A DNA stretch of 64,000 nucleotides from Schmidtea polychroa (Eukaryota), in the NCBI GenBank assembly GCA_044892525.1, contig CM097885.1, positions 38,876,001 through 38,940,000 of the forward strand, read 5' to 3'. A program made the position numbers and the translations under genes. Below the pieces are notes generated by a model. The model did not search any database. It had not been told where the DNA came from and worked only from the letters and a program-made list of their open reading frames with translations. Shown in pieces: positions 30,541 through 44,301 of the stretch; the first letter of the stretch is position 1, and the number at the start of each line of letters is the position of its first letter.

Positions 30541-33500
30541 ATTGCGTAATCAAAAGTTGCAGCAAAAAAATTACGGCAGCAAAAAAAAAAAATTACAGCA
30601 GAACCCTACCTACTTATGTAATCAACTATTTAAACAAATTATATTATTACGTATTCGGTAATTAAAACAAAAAATTATATAATCAATGATTTAAACAAAT
30701 TATATAATCAACGATTTAAACAAATTATATAATCAACGATTTAAACAAATTATATAATCAACGATTTAAACAAAATTAAATTATTATGTAATCGATAATT
30801 AAAACAAAATTATTAGTTCTAAAAATAAGAGGCATCGTTCTAAAAATATTAGGCATCATTCTAAAAATATGACGTAATCATTCTAAAAATATTAGACATC
30901 ATTCTAAAAATATTAGGCATCGTTCTAAAAATATTAGGTATCGTTCTAAAAATATGATGTAATCATTCTAAAAATAAGAGGCATCGTTCTAAAAATATGA
31001 CGTAATCATTCTAAAAATATTAGGCATCGTTCTAAAAATATGACGTAATCATTCTAAAAATATTAGACATCATTCTAAAAATATTAGACATCATTCTAAA
31101 AATATGAGGCATCATTCTAAAAATAATAGGCATCGTTCTAAAAATATGACGTAATCATTCTAAAAATATGAGGCATCGTTCTAAAAATAAGGCGAGTCAT
31201 AGGATGATAGGAATCTATAACTCATCTTAAAGGTCTTGCAAAGGGCTTTAAGATGAGGTATCGTCCAATAAATTCGGATAATGGGAACGATAACTTTTGG
31301 GCAAACGAAAACCATGTCACCGATAGATCACTAATAATATTTTGAATAATAATATGAGGCGTCGATTACGTAATAGTTCTAAAAATATGAGGCATCGTTC
31401 TAAAAATATTAGGCATCGTTCTAAAAATAAGAGGCATCGTTCTAAAAATATGATGTAATCATTCTAAAAATAAGAGGCATCGTTCTAAAAATATTAGGCA
31501 TCGTTCTAAAAATATTAGGCATCGTTCTAAAAATATTAGGCATCATTCTAAAAATATTAGGCATCATTCTAAAAATATGACGTAATCATTCTAAAAATAA
31601 GAGGCACCATTCTAAAAATATTAGGCATCGTTGGGTGAGTCATTGGGTGAGTCATTCTTTTTGTTAATATTAATGATGATGATACCTAAATAGCTCATTC
31701 GAAAGGTCTTGGACTGAGCTTTAAGATGAGGTATCGTCCAATAAATTCGGATAATGGGAACATTAATTTTTGGGATGAAAAAAAGTAGGAGCCCGCTGGA
31801 TCACTTAATAATATTTTGGAAAATAATAATTTAACTTTGAAAAGATGGTGGTCATCAAATGTTAATAACATTAAAACTATTAAAGATATAAAAGATACCT
31901 ATAGCTCATTCGAAAGGTCTTGGACTGAGCTTTAAGATGAGCTATCGGTCAATAAAATCTGTTAACGAGAACATTAATTTTTGGGATGAAAAAAAGTGTG
32001 AGCCCGCCAGATCACTTAATTTAAAAAAATTACATAATAGTTCTAAAAATATTAGGCATTGATTACGTAATAGTTCTAAAAATATGTGGCATCGTTCTAA
32101 AAATTTTTTTTTCCCGGGGGGGGGAGGGGTATGTGGTCCAGAGGGCCCCTGGTCTGGATGGCCCCAATCATACTACTCTCGTCGATTGTCAAATCAATTT
32201 CTTCTGATTCCATTACTTCGTCAACCAGAATTTGTGCCACTTTCTTCGTTATTGTAGCCGATGTTGATGGTATTTCTAGAAGTTTTTATATTCATCCAAC
32301 GAATATCTCTTTGATGGTAGATTTTTGGGCATTGGTATATCATCAATCCATTGAAATTTTTTCACATATTGTATAAATTTTTTCCAATTTTTTTCCAATA
32401 CTTTACCAATCTCAACAAATTTTCACCGATCTTTTTATCCCTCGGTAATTTTCGATATATCAATCAAATATTATTACGATTACAACGAATTTTCACCGAC
32501 TTTTAACCACGTCGGTATTATCCAAGAATTTCAATCAAATATTATTACAACTTCAACAATTTTCCACTGACTTTTGATCACTTCGGTATTATCCAATAAT
32601 TACTCAAATATTATCACAATTTCAACAAATTTTCGCCGACTTTTGATCACGTCGGGTTCACCAAATATGTTGGGTTTTTAATGTAAGTCGGTACTACTAT
32701 CTGACTCCTTTGTGTTTCTTTTAAAATAAATAAACGATCCAACACAAAATCTTTATTTAACACTGATGCAGTTACACTTTTACACTTTTAATTAGTTCAC
32801 TCACACTTGATACAATCAGGTTTTGTCTACACTTTTCAATTTGCCAACAAATCTCACGCAGGGATAGATCTTCCAACGGGAGATGTCCCTTTCTGGTACG
32901 TTCGATTTTTAAATTATTTATTTTCTATTAACTTTAATGTTTCCTTTTTTGCTCTCGCCAAACTTCTATTTTCTTTTCTTCGACCAACTGGCAGTTTTGT
33001 TTTCTTGCCTGTTGCTTTTATACCCACTTGGTAATTGACTTTATTTTGGTAAATTAGTTTGGGTTTAACTTCCCCACGGGCTTCCTCCTGTAGCTTTAAT
33101 TCAATTTACGGAAATTGCCCCCTTTTTCTTTGATGGCTCGTGTCGCTTTTATTTTATTCACTAATTTAATTACCTTCCCAAAATTGGATTGCTAATTCAG
33201 GTTTTCTCAAATCGCTCGGACTTTCCATTATCTTGGGATTCCGATTAGCTCGAGTTCTCCATTAACTCGGGTTTCCAATTAGCTCGGGTTCTCCATTAGT
33301 TAATTAATTTTTAATTAATTTTTGTTTTTTAGTAATTTATTCCTTTTAGAGACCCCCCATTGATTTTATTTTACTATAGTTGAACTCGTCTCATTATTCA
33401 GCATCCGCCCATACCAGTTTCTCCCGGAAATTATTCGTTTTCAAATTTTTTTGATTTTTAATTAATATTTTGTACTTTAAATTTTATTTTGAATTTTGTG

Positions 33501-33550
33501 TTTTTATTGATTTTCACCTCATTTTTTGTGCCTCTCCTGTTGAACCTTAA

Positions 33551-36500
33551 TGTGAGAGTTAAATATTTCAATGGTTTATCAAAATAATTTTAAATTGTAA
33601 ATAATTGACTATTAAAATAACTTTAAATGATTTTTAAATTGGATTTTTAAGTTGAAATTTTTAAATTAAAAATTAAAATAACTTTTTAAAAAAAGAAGTT
33701 TTATTAATGAAAAATTTTAAATAAATATGTTTTAAATATTGAAATATTTTGATAAATGGTTTTGAAAATATTTTATTCAACGCGGAAAATTTGTTTGGAA
33801 ATTATACAATATTTCTTTAAATAAATATTTGGAATTATGTCTTTAACTTTTGAACCGGATTTAAAAAACAATTTAGAAGATGTTTTAGCAGCCTCTAATA
33901 TGGCGACCACGTCTATGGATTTCTTCATAAAGAAGCAATTCCCAAATGATTATCATATAGGAGATGATGTTGAAACATTCATTAAAGAATGCGATAGATA
34001 TTTTAAGGAAAGATTGCGAAAGGCATTCGTCAAAAAAACAAGTTTCGCAGAAGATTTACAATCTTCTATGTCTTATAGACAGACTCTTATAGAAGAGGAG
34101 ATAGTCGGGGCAGTGTATTAAATAGTAATGCTGACTCCCAAATTATTAATTATTATAATAAAAGTAAAATATCACGTATTATAGAAAAAGATGTGAAAGA
34201 TACAGAGGTGACGGAAGAGGAAAATAATGTAACAGATTCATAAAAAAGGATTTTGCAGAAGGAGAAAGAGAAAATATACAAATACTCATCTTAGATGAAT
34301 GGAAAAATGATATTATTAGTTATGATAAAATGCAAGGCCGGCCAAGTGTAACTATTAGAATACAAGACCAGAAGATTGAATGCTTGCTCGATACAGAAGC
34401 TACAGTAAATGTCATGAGTTGGAGCAAATTTGAGAAACTTAAAGATGTAGAACTAACAACAACGACTGATACATTGAGATGTGCAAATAATAGTGTTTTA
34501 GAAACGAAAGGGATAAAGCAATATTAGAAATAATAATAATTGGCAGGAAAAGAAGGGTAAAATTTACGATAGTACAATATGACTCCAGAGGTAATTGGTG
34601 GTATAGAGTTGCAAAAACAATTTGGTATACAACTAAAATGGCCAGTAGAAGAGGTCGAGAAAACGAAGCAAGAGAACATATGCAGTATCAAAGCCAAATT
34701 TGGAAAGAAAATAACGGAGATGGAACGATTTCAAAGAGCAAAAAATACTTTAAAAATAAATAATCCGATACTATTGAACATTGTAAAAAAGAATCAAAAT
34801 GTTTTTATGGCTGATAAATGGGACATTGGCTGCACAAAGCTGTTGAAGCATAAAATAGAAACTCGGGGAAAACCGATAAATATTAAACCTTGGAAACAAC
34901 CAGTCAACCTGGAAGGTAAGATAGATGAAGCGATAAAAAACTTATGGGAAAACAATATTATCAAAAAGTGTAATTCGCCATGGAGCACTCCATTAATATG
35001 CGTCTGGAAGAAAGAAAAGCAAGATATCAGATTATGTCTTGATTTCAGGCAATTAAACCTAGTAACAGAGAGACAGGCGTTCCCTATGCCGAATTTTGCA
35101 GAGACGTTAGATAAATTGGGTGGAGCAAAGTATTTCAGTTCGATAGATCTTGGAAATGCATATTATCAAGTAGAACTAGAAGATGAATCAAAGCTAAAAA
35201 CGGCGTTTTCAACCAAATTAGGGCAATACTGTTTTAACAGAATGCCATTTGGAATAGCAGTGGCACCAGGTACTAGGAATATGCAATTACTACAGAAGAT
35301 TTATAAAAGAATACGCAAAAAAGGCAAGAGTTTTAGTAGAGCTATGCGGGTTAAACAACAAAAACTTAATTTGGACTGACGGATGCAACATCGCATTCGA
35401 AAATATGAAAAATGCTTTAGTGTCCTCACTTATTCTAGGGTTTCCAGATTTCGAAAGAGAATTCATTCTGGATACTGATTCGAGTGTTGACACGATTGGC
35501 GCAGTATTATCACAGAAACACAACAACGGGTGCGAAAAGGTTATAGCATACGGTTCTCATACAATGAGCAATCATGAAAAGGGATATTGCATAACAAGGA
35601 AAGAGTTGCTGGCAATCTATTATTTTTGTCAACACTTCAATTATTATTTAAATGGAAAACGGTTCATTTTGAGAACGGACCATAAAGCTATCACGTTTAT
35701 GTTATCGACAAAGATACCAATAACAACGCAATTTCAAACATGGATTAACTACCTCAGTAGTCTGGATATTAAAATAGAGTATAGAAAAGGTACTGATCAT
35801 GCAAATGCAGATATGTTGTCGAGGAGTACATGTGGAACATGCACACAATGTTTATTGGCACACGAAGACGCGAAAGTGGAAAGAATGAAAACCCGAAGAA
35901 TAAACATGATGGAAAAAGCTGAAGATAATAAGTGGCAAAAAGATAATACAGAAATAGAACAAATAAAAATTGAAATAGCACAGGGTTCAAGTTGGAAATT
36001 TATACTGGTAGACAACGTGGTGAAAACTATAGAGGGTAAGATATGGATACCTAGAGAAAAAAGACAAGAAATGATAAAGAGTATGCATATTTTGCTATCA
36101 CACTCAGGAGCAGAAAAGGTGACAAAATATTTAGCGGACAATTACGATATGGGAGACATAAAAGAATCAGTTAAAGAAACAATTACAGGAAACATTCAGA
36201 AAGAAAAGGTATATAGTCGCAATGATTGATCAATTGAGCAGATATATCTCTCTGACTGCTGTCGCTTAACATGATGAAGTAAGGAAACAATACTACAAAA
36301 ATGGATTCTTAGATTTGGAGCACCAAAGGAAATTCACACAGATTGTGGAAAAGTATTTGAATCTAAGACAATGAAAGAGTTTACAAAATCAATGGGAATT
36401 ACACTATGCTTTTGAAGTCCATACCACCATAATACAAATGGTGTGATAGAACTTCAATTCAGGTCAATAAGAGACTATGTAAATGCATCATGTCGCCAAT

Positions 36501-37016
36501 TAGAATATCCATCAATGGTCAGCTTAATAATAATTTTGCTGAATAGTTTACCATGAATGCAACATTTCAGAAATAAATTGGACGAAGTCCTGCAGAAGTA
36601 ATATTTGGAAGAAAAATAGCTCGAGAACAATTTCATAGTAAAGCGACGATTTCACAAAAAGAAGATACAAGAGAATTAAATATTTCAATGATTTATCAAA
36701 ATAATTTTAAATTGTAAATAATTGACTATTAAAATAACTTTAAATAATTTTTAAATTGGATTTTTTAAGTTGAAATTTTTAAATTAAAAATTAAAATAGC
36801 TTTTTAAAAAAGAAGTTTTATTAATGAAAAATTTTAAATAAATATGTTTTAAATATTGAAATACTTTAATAAATGATTTTGAAAATATTTTATTCAACGC
36901 GGAAATTTGATTGGAAATTATACAATATTTCTTTAAATAAATATTTGGAATTATGTCTTTAACTTTTGAACCGGATTTAAAAAACAATTTAGAATATGTT
37001 TTATCAGCTTCTCATA
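33551..37016 (+). mobile_element. Decayed Ty3/Gypsy LTR retrotransposon with both LTRs
   Basis: ~350-bp direct repeats lie at 33551-33900 (starting TGTGAGAG) and ~36671-37016 (ending CTTCTCATA). A PBS-like TGGCGACC sits at 33901, with gag, protease, RT, RNase H and integrase remnants between the LTRs. Confidence 0.85.
34330..36620 (+). pseudogene. Gypsy pol remnants: aspartic protease, RT, RNase H, integrase
   Basis: Protease CLLDTEAT. RT SPWSTPL..RLCLDFRQLN..SIDLGNAYYQ..MPFG, with the YxDD segment deleted. RNase H LDTDSS..GAVLSQ..KELLAI..TDHKAI. Integrase RFGAPKEIHTDCG..SPYHHNTNG. Confidence 0.92.
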
Positions 37017-38505
37017 ATTAAGAACTAAATTTAAGTTATGTGCTGCACATGGTACAAAAGTTGCTCTGGGGTTAATATTTAAAGTTCTTTTGGGAAGTCC
37101 TATATTTTTACCTCTAATGTTGGATCCATTATCATAGCCTTGACCAATAACATTTTGTACATCCAAGCTAAATTTAGGCAACAATTCGTTAGTAAGGAAG
37201 TTAAATAAAGCTTCACCAGTTTTACCAGCTAATGGAGAAAAACCAAGAAAATCTTCTTCGACTGTTGCTTTATTTTGTGTCAAATTCACACACCGAACAA
37301 CAAACTTGATTTGGTCGACATGTTTTAATCTGACGTGCATTCAAGTATAATAGAAATATATTTTAAATTTTTTATAATGTTTGTTAATTTCTTTGTCACA
37401 GCTGCTGCTAATAATTCAATGATTTCGTTTTGAAAATGGATTCCCAAATAATGGGGCATATGACTTTTTTTTGCAGTTTGTACGTTTCTTACATCCTCTG
37501 TTATTATCGGATCAAATTTAGCTAACATTTCTACATCTTTCATGAAATTTCCATTATTTGGATGACATAACTCTGTCGATGGGCCGCGAAATGCTAAACA
37601 CTGACCAGATAAAAATTGAACAATAGCTATCATTCTTTCAATAATACCACGCCATCGTTTAGTTTCCATTTCATAATATGTTTGAAGCTCTTTCTTTATC
37701 TATTGTGCAGTTCTTTTGCATCCGCAATTTTAATTCTCACCACTTGTGAACTGTTTTCATGTTGAACAAAATAGGTTGTTGCATGTCGCCAATCAGAATA
37801 TCCATCAATGGTCAGCTTAATTATAATTTTGCTGAATAGTTTTCACCAAAAACAAAATACCATATTCAATTTAATAGAGTAAATTATCCAGTTTCTGGAA
37901 ATTGTTTCACCATTTTCTAAAATTCTAAAAAAAATATGTTTGTCTCGTCCAATGGGAAATGAACATTATCACGAAGTTGCACAGGTCCTTTCTTCACTAA
38001 AATTTCTAAAAGCTGTTTATTTATCGATTCAGGTCATGTTCATGGATCTACCAACATTAAAGACGAACTTACTGATTCTGTTTCATAAGAAAACTCTTCT
38101 TCGGACTTTTCTGACTCGGATGTTGAAGGTGATCAGTCATCTTTCGGCTGTTCTGGCTTCTTTGTAGGACATGAAAAAAAAATTTCTGTATTAGACCTTT
38201 CTGACGTACTTGCCGCATATGACGTTTTTGAGGATTCCAAAAACTGTGTTAAAGATCTAATTAGTTTTTCTATTTATTTTTATTTTATTTCCTTGTTTTT
38301 TCCATAATAAGCTAAAAGGTGTAATATTTTCTTATTCATAATAAAATTTCTAAATAGTAGAACTTACTTTTATTAAGTATACTTTATTTGTTAGATTATC
38401 TAAAATCAATTTTTTTAAATATAATAATAGCAGGTCGGCGGCTGCCCTTCAACTTGGCCGCTCACGCGCGGGGTCACCTCTACACCCCCGCTAGGAACGG
38501 GCCTG
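37017..38505 (-). mobile_element. hAT element of ZMYM1/DUF4371 type, decayed, 5' part only
   Basis: Motifs include FLSGQCLAFRG..NGNF..LAKFDP..QNEII..SIILECTSD, GQGYDNGSN, FVPCAAHNLNL and a TTF-zinc-finger-like DGYSDWRH..HENS. A GC-rich terminus CAGGCCCGTTCCTAG begins at 38505 on the minus strand. Confidence 0.85.
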
Positions 38506-38837
38506 CTAGGAAGCAATGTTTTGAATTTAATTTACTTTAATTCTAGTAAAACCGGCTTTGTGTTTATTATTAATGTAATTAAAGAAATTAAAAATGATTT
38601 TGAAATCATGCAATTTAAATTTTTTTAGAAATTCGTAAATTTGTGTATTATAAATATTTATAAATAATTGATTTTTGTATTTCTGTTCTTTAATTTTGAT
38701 TTAAGAATTGTTTAAACATTTAGAATTGAAATTTATTTTGATAATGTGAATTTAATAAAGATTTAAATTGTTATGAATATCTTAAAAATTTTGAAAATAA
38801 TTATATTATTCTATTGGAATTTTTTGAAGAATTCCAA

Positions 38838-39320
38838 ATGTATGGTAACGCTATCGGTGTTAATTTGGGTACTACCTATTCATGTGTTTGTGTAATAAAT
38901 GAAACTAGTAGACTGAAAATTGGAGTAGAATTCAAAGATGAAATTAAGATATTTTCTTGATTTTAATAAAAATGAAAGTAATTGGGGAAACATGCTTGGG
39001 TAAAACAGTGAATGATGCAGTTTTTAACTGTTCCGTTATATTTCAAATAGTAGTTACTTTTAATATTGATGCTAATGGTATTCCAAATATGTCTGCTGGA
39101 CAAATGAGTACAGGGAAAGATAATAAAATTACTATTATATAATGAGTGCATAGTTAATGTAGCTGAAAATTAAAAAAAGGAAGATGAACCACAACTTAGT
39201 ATAGAAAGTTATCTAAATGAAATCAACATTTGAAGATGCAAAATTTAAAGATAAAATTTCTGAATCAGATTGAAAACACGTAATTCATGATTGTCAAGAA
39301 TCGACAAATTGGTTGAAAAG
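38838..39320 (+). pseudogene. hsp70: HSP70 pseudogene, heavily internally deleted
   Basis: Collinear blocks [75 protein letters not shown] and MKSTFEDAKFKDKISESD match cytosolic HSP70 motifs. Confidence 0.88.
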
Positions 39321-39950
39321 GAATTTTACCAGCTTCCATATCATAGCTTACCAAATATATTTTGAATACTGAGTAGATTTATTGTTAGAAGCCCCAAGAG
39401 AAAGCGAACAGACATTGACGTCAGCCCAAGGATTCAGTCAAATACAAATATTTTTTTGTGTGAAACAGGTGTCAACTAGTGAAAGTTTAATTGGACGACA
39501 AGCATCGAATCATTATAAGCATATCCCTCCACCGAATATATCTGGATTTACTGCACAGGCTTAACAAGGTTTGTCCAGTAAAGAAGCAACGACAATGTCA
39601 GATGATACAATACAAAAATAACTGAGACTATAATGAGTCGTTAAAGCCTAGCTAAACTAACAAGACCAAATATACTAGTGTTTTTTTTAGAACAGAATCT
39701 AGTTTAAAAAAAGCCTGAGCCTCAAAAACTCCTTATTATAGTTTTATTAAGTTTCACATTTACTTAACGTAGTGATCCACTGCTGAATAATGTTAATTCG
39801 CGACTCACAAAAAACTTTATATTATAATAATCACAAAAGTCTTATATTATAGAACTAAAATCGTATACTTCAACACATGGCGAGACAGTGAATAATATCA
39901 GCATCACATGTCAAAATATAATAACTTTCGTATACTATCAAACAGATAAA

Positions 39951-40050
39951 ATTTATTAAAAAGAGAGTTTGAAGACTATATATCAGTAAATTATCAACAA
40001 ACATCGATATATTACTGATTTATAGTCTTCAAACTCTTTTTTTAATAAAT
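39951..40050. repeat. ~39-bp-arm inverted repeat (hairpin)
   Basis: ATTTATTAAAAAGAGAGTTTGAAGACTATATATCAGTAA pairs with TTACTGATTTATAGTCTTCAAACTCTTTTTTTAATAAAT across a ~22-nt loop. Confidence 0.8.
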
Positions 40051-40215
40051 TCAATGGAAAAAAAAATCAGTGGTGAAATTTAAAGAAATAAAAGTTGTTA
40101 TAATAAACATAGATAATCTTATATTATAGAAATAAATTTTATATATAAAAAATACGTGGAAAATCATGTAGGTTAAAAAATCAATAAAAATACTTTGAGG
40201 AATATATACCATATA

Positions 40216-40855
40216 CAGGGTTGCCAACTTTTGAAGATGTCATTATAGTACAATATGGACAAAATTATAGTATTTTCAAAAAAATTATAGTACATATTTA
40301 AAAAACTACAAAAAAATGCTTTTCTATTATAAACTTTTTATTAAAATTAAATTAACAAAAATTAAAATATTTGGTTTTTCTTCAGGACCCATTAAAAAAT
40401 ATACATAAAAACAATAGCAAACAAATTCATATGATAATTAAGTAATAAATTTATATGTAATAATACTTATTATATATTTATAGTTACATATAGCATAATT
40501 CTATTTTGATTTAAGCGTCAGTCATACCCTTAATATTTAAAAAACGTACTATGTTTAGAAAAACACATGAACTTTGAATTTCAATCCAACAAAACAAATC
40601 AGATGTTAATTTTTACCATCTGCTCATATTCATTATTCATACCGAAATACGTTTTGTAAAAAATTAATATTGATTAAAGTTTTTTTTAGAAAAATTCTGA
40701 TTAATTGTTTTCAGAAAATTAAAATATCGTAGTGAAAAAATGTTTTAGATAAATTTGTTAAAATTATAGTACAATTAGAACTTCCAATAGTACATAGTAC
40801 ACAAGATACAAATTATGGTACAAATACTATAATTATAGTACGGTTGGCAACGCTG
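40216..40855. mobile_element. hAT-type MITE (640 bp)
   Basis: TIRs are CAGGGTTGCCAAC / GTTGGCAACGCTG, with an exact 8-bp TSD ACCATATA (40208-40215, 40856-40863) and subterminal AATTATAGTAC repeats. Confidence 0.9.
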
Positions 40856-42838
40856 ACCATATACTACTTTTGATTACACAACTTAATAGAAAATCACACG
40901 TATATGATACAAAATATTTACAAGATATTCGCAACTCAAAAATTCCCAAAAATGATTTCCCTAAAATTTAAAGTTTCCAAACAAAATTTCATACAAGTTA
41001 TTTACAGAAAAAATCCTCCCAACTCAAAAAATTTTCTTTTATTTTAAAAACTCCCAAAATTTCCCATCTCAAAGTTTTCTCAAAATAACGAAATTTTATA
41101 TAAGTAAAAAATGCTAAGTAATTTTTTTTAAAATATGACCTTATTCTAGAAAGTCACCCATATAGGAAATAACCCAAGATATTTACAAGGAAAAAAATCT
41201 TCCCAACTAAAAAATCTTGTTCAATGTTGAGAAATTAAACTTGGATTAAAAATATATTTTCTTTCAGATTCAATTAAAATAAAATGAAAATCAATAAATT
41301 CAATACTAACAAGTACAAATATATGATAACACAAAATAAAACTTTTTCAATATTCTAGAATTTACTTGAACAAGAAGCATTTATTGATCCAGACTTTATC
41401 AATCCTTATCAATTTCATAATAATTCAAACAAAGAAACTTAATAATAAATTAAAATTTTATATTATTCAATGAACAAAAAAACAATAATAAATGAAAAAA
41501 TAAAAAATTATGAATGAAAAATATAAAATAAATATCAAATCAAAATAGCTTAAATGTACAAAATGTTTTTATATTAATCATTGGATTTTCATAAATATGT
41601 AACAAATAAAATGAAATTAAAATTTTACAAATCGTTTAAGTAGTAGGATGTGTCCCCTCCAGATCATGTCCCCTCCAGATCACATATACCCCTCCCCCCC
41701 TCCCCCCCCCCCCCGGGAAAAAAAAAATTTTTTTTTAATTTTTTGTTTTAATTAATTGGCCTGGCGGGCTCACACTTTTTTTCATCCCAAAAATTAATGT
41801 TCCTGCCAACAGATTTTATTGACCGATACCTCATCTTAAAGCTCAGTCCAAGACCTTTCGAATGAGCTATAGGTATCATATATATCTTTAATAGTTTTAA
41901 TGTTATTAACAATTGATGACCACCATCTTTTCAACGTTAAATTATTATTATTTTCCAAAATATTATTAAGTGATCCAGAGGGGACCTACTTTTTGTCATC
42001 CCAAAGATTAATGTTCCCGCCAACAAATTTTATTGACCGATACCTCCTCTTAAAGCTCAGTCCAAGACCTTTCGAATGAGCTATAGGTATCTTATATATC
42101 TTTAATAGTTTTAATGTTATTTACAATTGATGACCACCATCTTTTCAACGTTAAATTATTATTATTTTTCAAAATATTATTAAGTGATCCAGCGGGGACC
42201 TACTTTTTTTCATCCCAAAAATTATTGTTCCCGCCAACATATTATATTGATCGATAGCTTATTTTAAAGCTCTGTGCAAGAACTTTCTAATGAGATATAG
42301 ATTTTTATCATACGATGACTCATCACATTTTTAGAACAAAGACAATGACTCATCACATTTTTAGAATGATGTCTAATATTTTAGAATGATGCCAAATATT
42401 TTTAAAACGATGTCTATTATTTTTAGAATGATGTCTAATATTTTAGAATGATGCCTAATATTTTTAGAATGATTACGTCATACTTTTAGAACGATGCCTA
42501 ATATTTTTAGAATGATGCCTAATATTTTTAGAATGATTACGTCATACTTTTAGAACGATGCCTAATATTTTTCGAATGATTACGTCATACTTTTAGAACG
42601 ATGTCTAATATTTTTAGAATGATGCCAAATATTTTAGAATGATGCCACATATTTTTAGAACGATGCCTAATATTTTTAGAACTATTACGTAATCGATGTC
42701 TAATATTTTTAGAATAATGCCAAATATTTTTAGAACGATGCCAAATATTTTTAGAACTAATAATTTTTGTTTTAATTATCGAATACGTAATAATATAATT
42801 TTGTTTAAATCGTTGATTACATATTATTATTTTCTAAG

Positions 42839-42895
<57 letters not shown>

Positions 42896-43017
42896 CATAT
42901 ATACACCGAGTCTATCCGACAAGATATTCTGTCCCCCTATGGGTACTGTACACAAGGGTACTGCTCACACTCAATATGTCGTAAATTATTATTATTATTA
43001 TTTCAAATACAAGTTCA

Positions 43018-43084
<67 letters not shown>

Positions 43085-43446
43085 TATTATTACGCGCACG
43101 GGGAATATTATTATCATATATACTCTTAATCTATCCGACAAAATATTCTATCCCTTTATGGGTATTGCTCATATGGGTAATGGTCAAAGGTGTACTACTC
43201 ACATTCAACATGTCTCAAAGGGTATAATATAATTAATATTAAATTCTGACCAACTTAAATCAATGAAGGGGTAGATCAAAAATATATTAAGTTGCGGTAT
43301 TTTAAATTTAAAAATATTTTAAAAACTTATTTTGACACTAAAGTTTACTTAATTAACAAAGACATAATTATTGCACATGCTTTGCATAAATATTATTATT
43401 TTTTAAATTTTCAATATTTTCTTTTAAAGTAGTAACACGCGCGGGA

Positions 43447-43506
<60 letters not shown>

Positions 43507-43509
43507 GTT

Positions 43510-44098
43510 AATGAAAAATCTAAAATATGGTTTACACACACAACCCCTCAACCATTATTATTATTATCAGTATTAAAAACCTAAAATATTTTCTACACAC
43601 ACACACACACACACACAACCCCCTCAACCATTATTATTATTATCAGTATTAAAAACCTAAAATATTTTCTACACACACACACACACACACACACAACCCA
43701 TTAACCATTATTATTATCATTATTAGTGAAAACCTAAAATATTTTTTTACACACACACACAACCCATTAACCATTATTATTATTATCAATATTAAAAACC
43801 TAAAATATTTTTACACACACACATACAACTCATTAAACTTATTATTATTATTATTATTATTGCAAATATTAGTCAAAAACCTAAAATATTATTTACACTC
43901 ACACAACCATTAACCATTATTATTATCATTATTAGTGAAAACCTAAAATATTTTCTACACACACACACACACAACCCATTAACCATTAATATTATTGCAA
44001 ATATTAGTCAAAAACATAAAAACACTCATAAACCATTATTATTATCAATATTCGTGAAAACCTCAAATATTTTTTACACGCATATACAACCATTAAAC

Positions 44099-44148
<50 letters not shown>

Positions 44149-44265
44149 CAATATTAAAAACCTAAAATATTTTTACACACACACACACAACCCATTAACA
44201 ATTATTTGTAACAATATTCGTGAAAACCTCAAATATTTTTTACACACATATACAATCCATTAAAC

Positions 44266-44301
<36 letters not shown>

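Larger units (their letters stand above)
21860..30614. mobile_element. E3: Polinton-like non-coding element with only 9-bp terminal inverted repeats, inserted in E1's right TIR
   Basis: It starts AGTAGGTAG and ends CTACCTACT, with an exact TSD TATGTA at 21854-21859 and 30615-30620. E1's left TIR (~11120-11150) shows the empty site, and E3 shares the core and module with E1/E2. Confidence 0.85.

Noticed and set aside
32682..33420. LTR-like segment starting TGTAAG
   Set aside because: No matching CA end, TSD or second copy was found, so it was left uncalled.
39383..39662. Possible solo LTR (TGTTAG...CTAACA)
   Set aside because: The flanks show no TSD and there is no second copy, PBS or PPT in the window.
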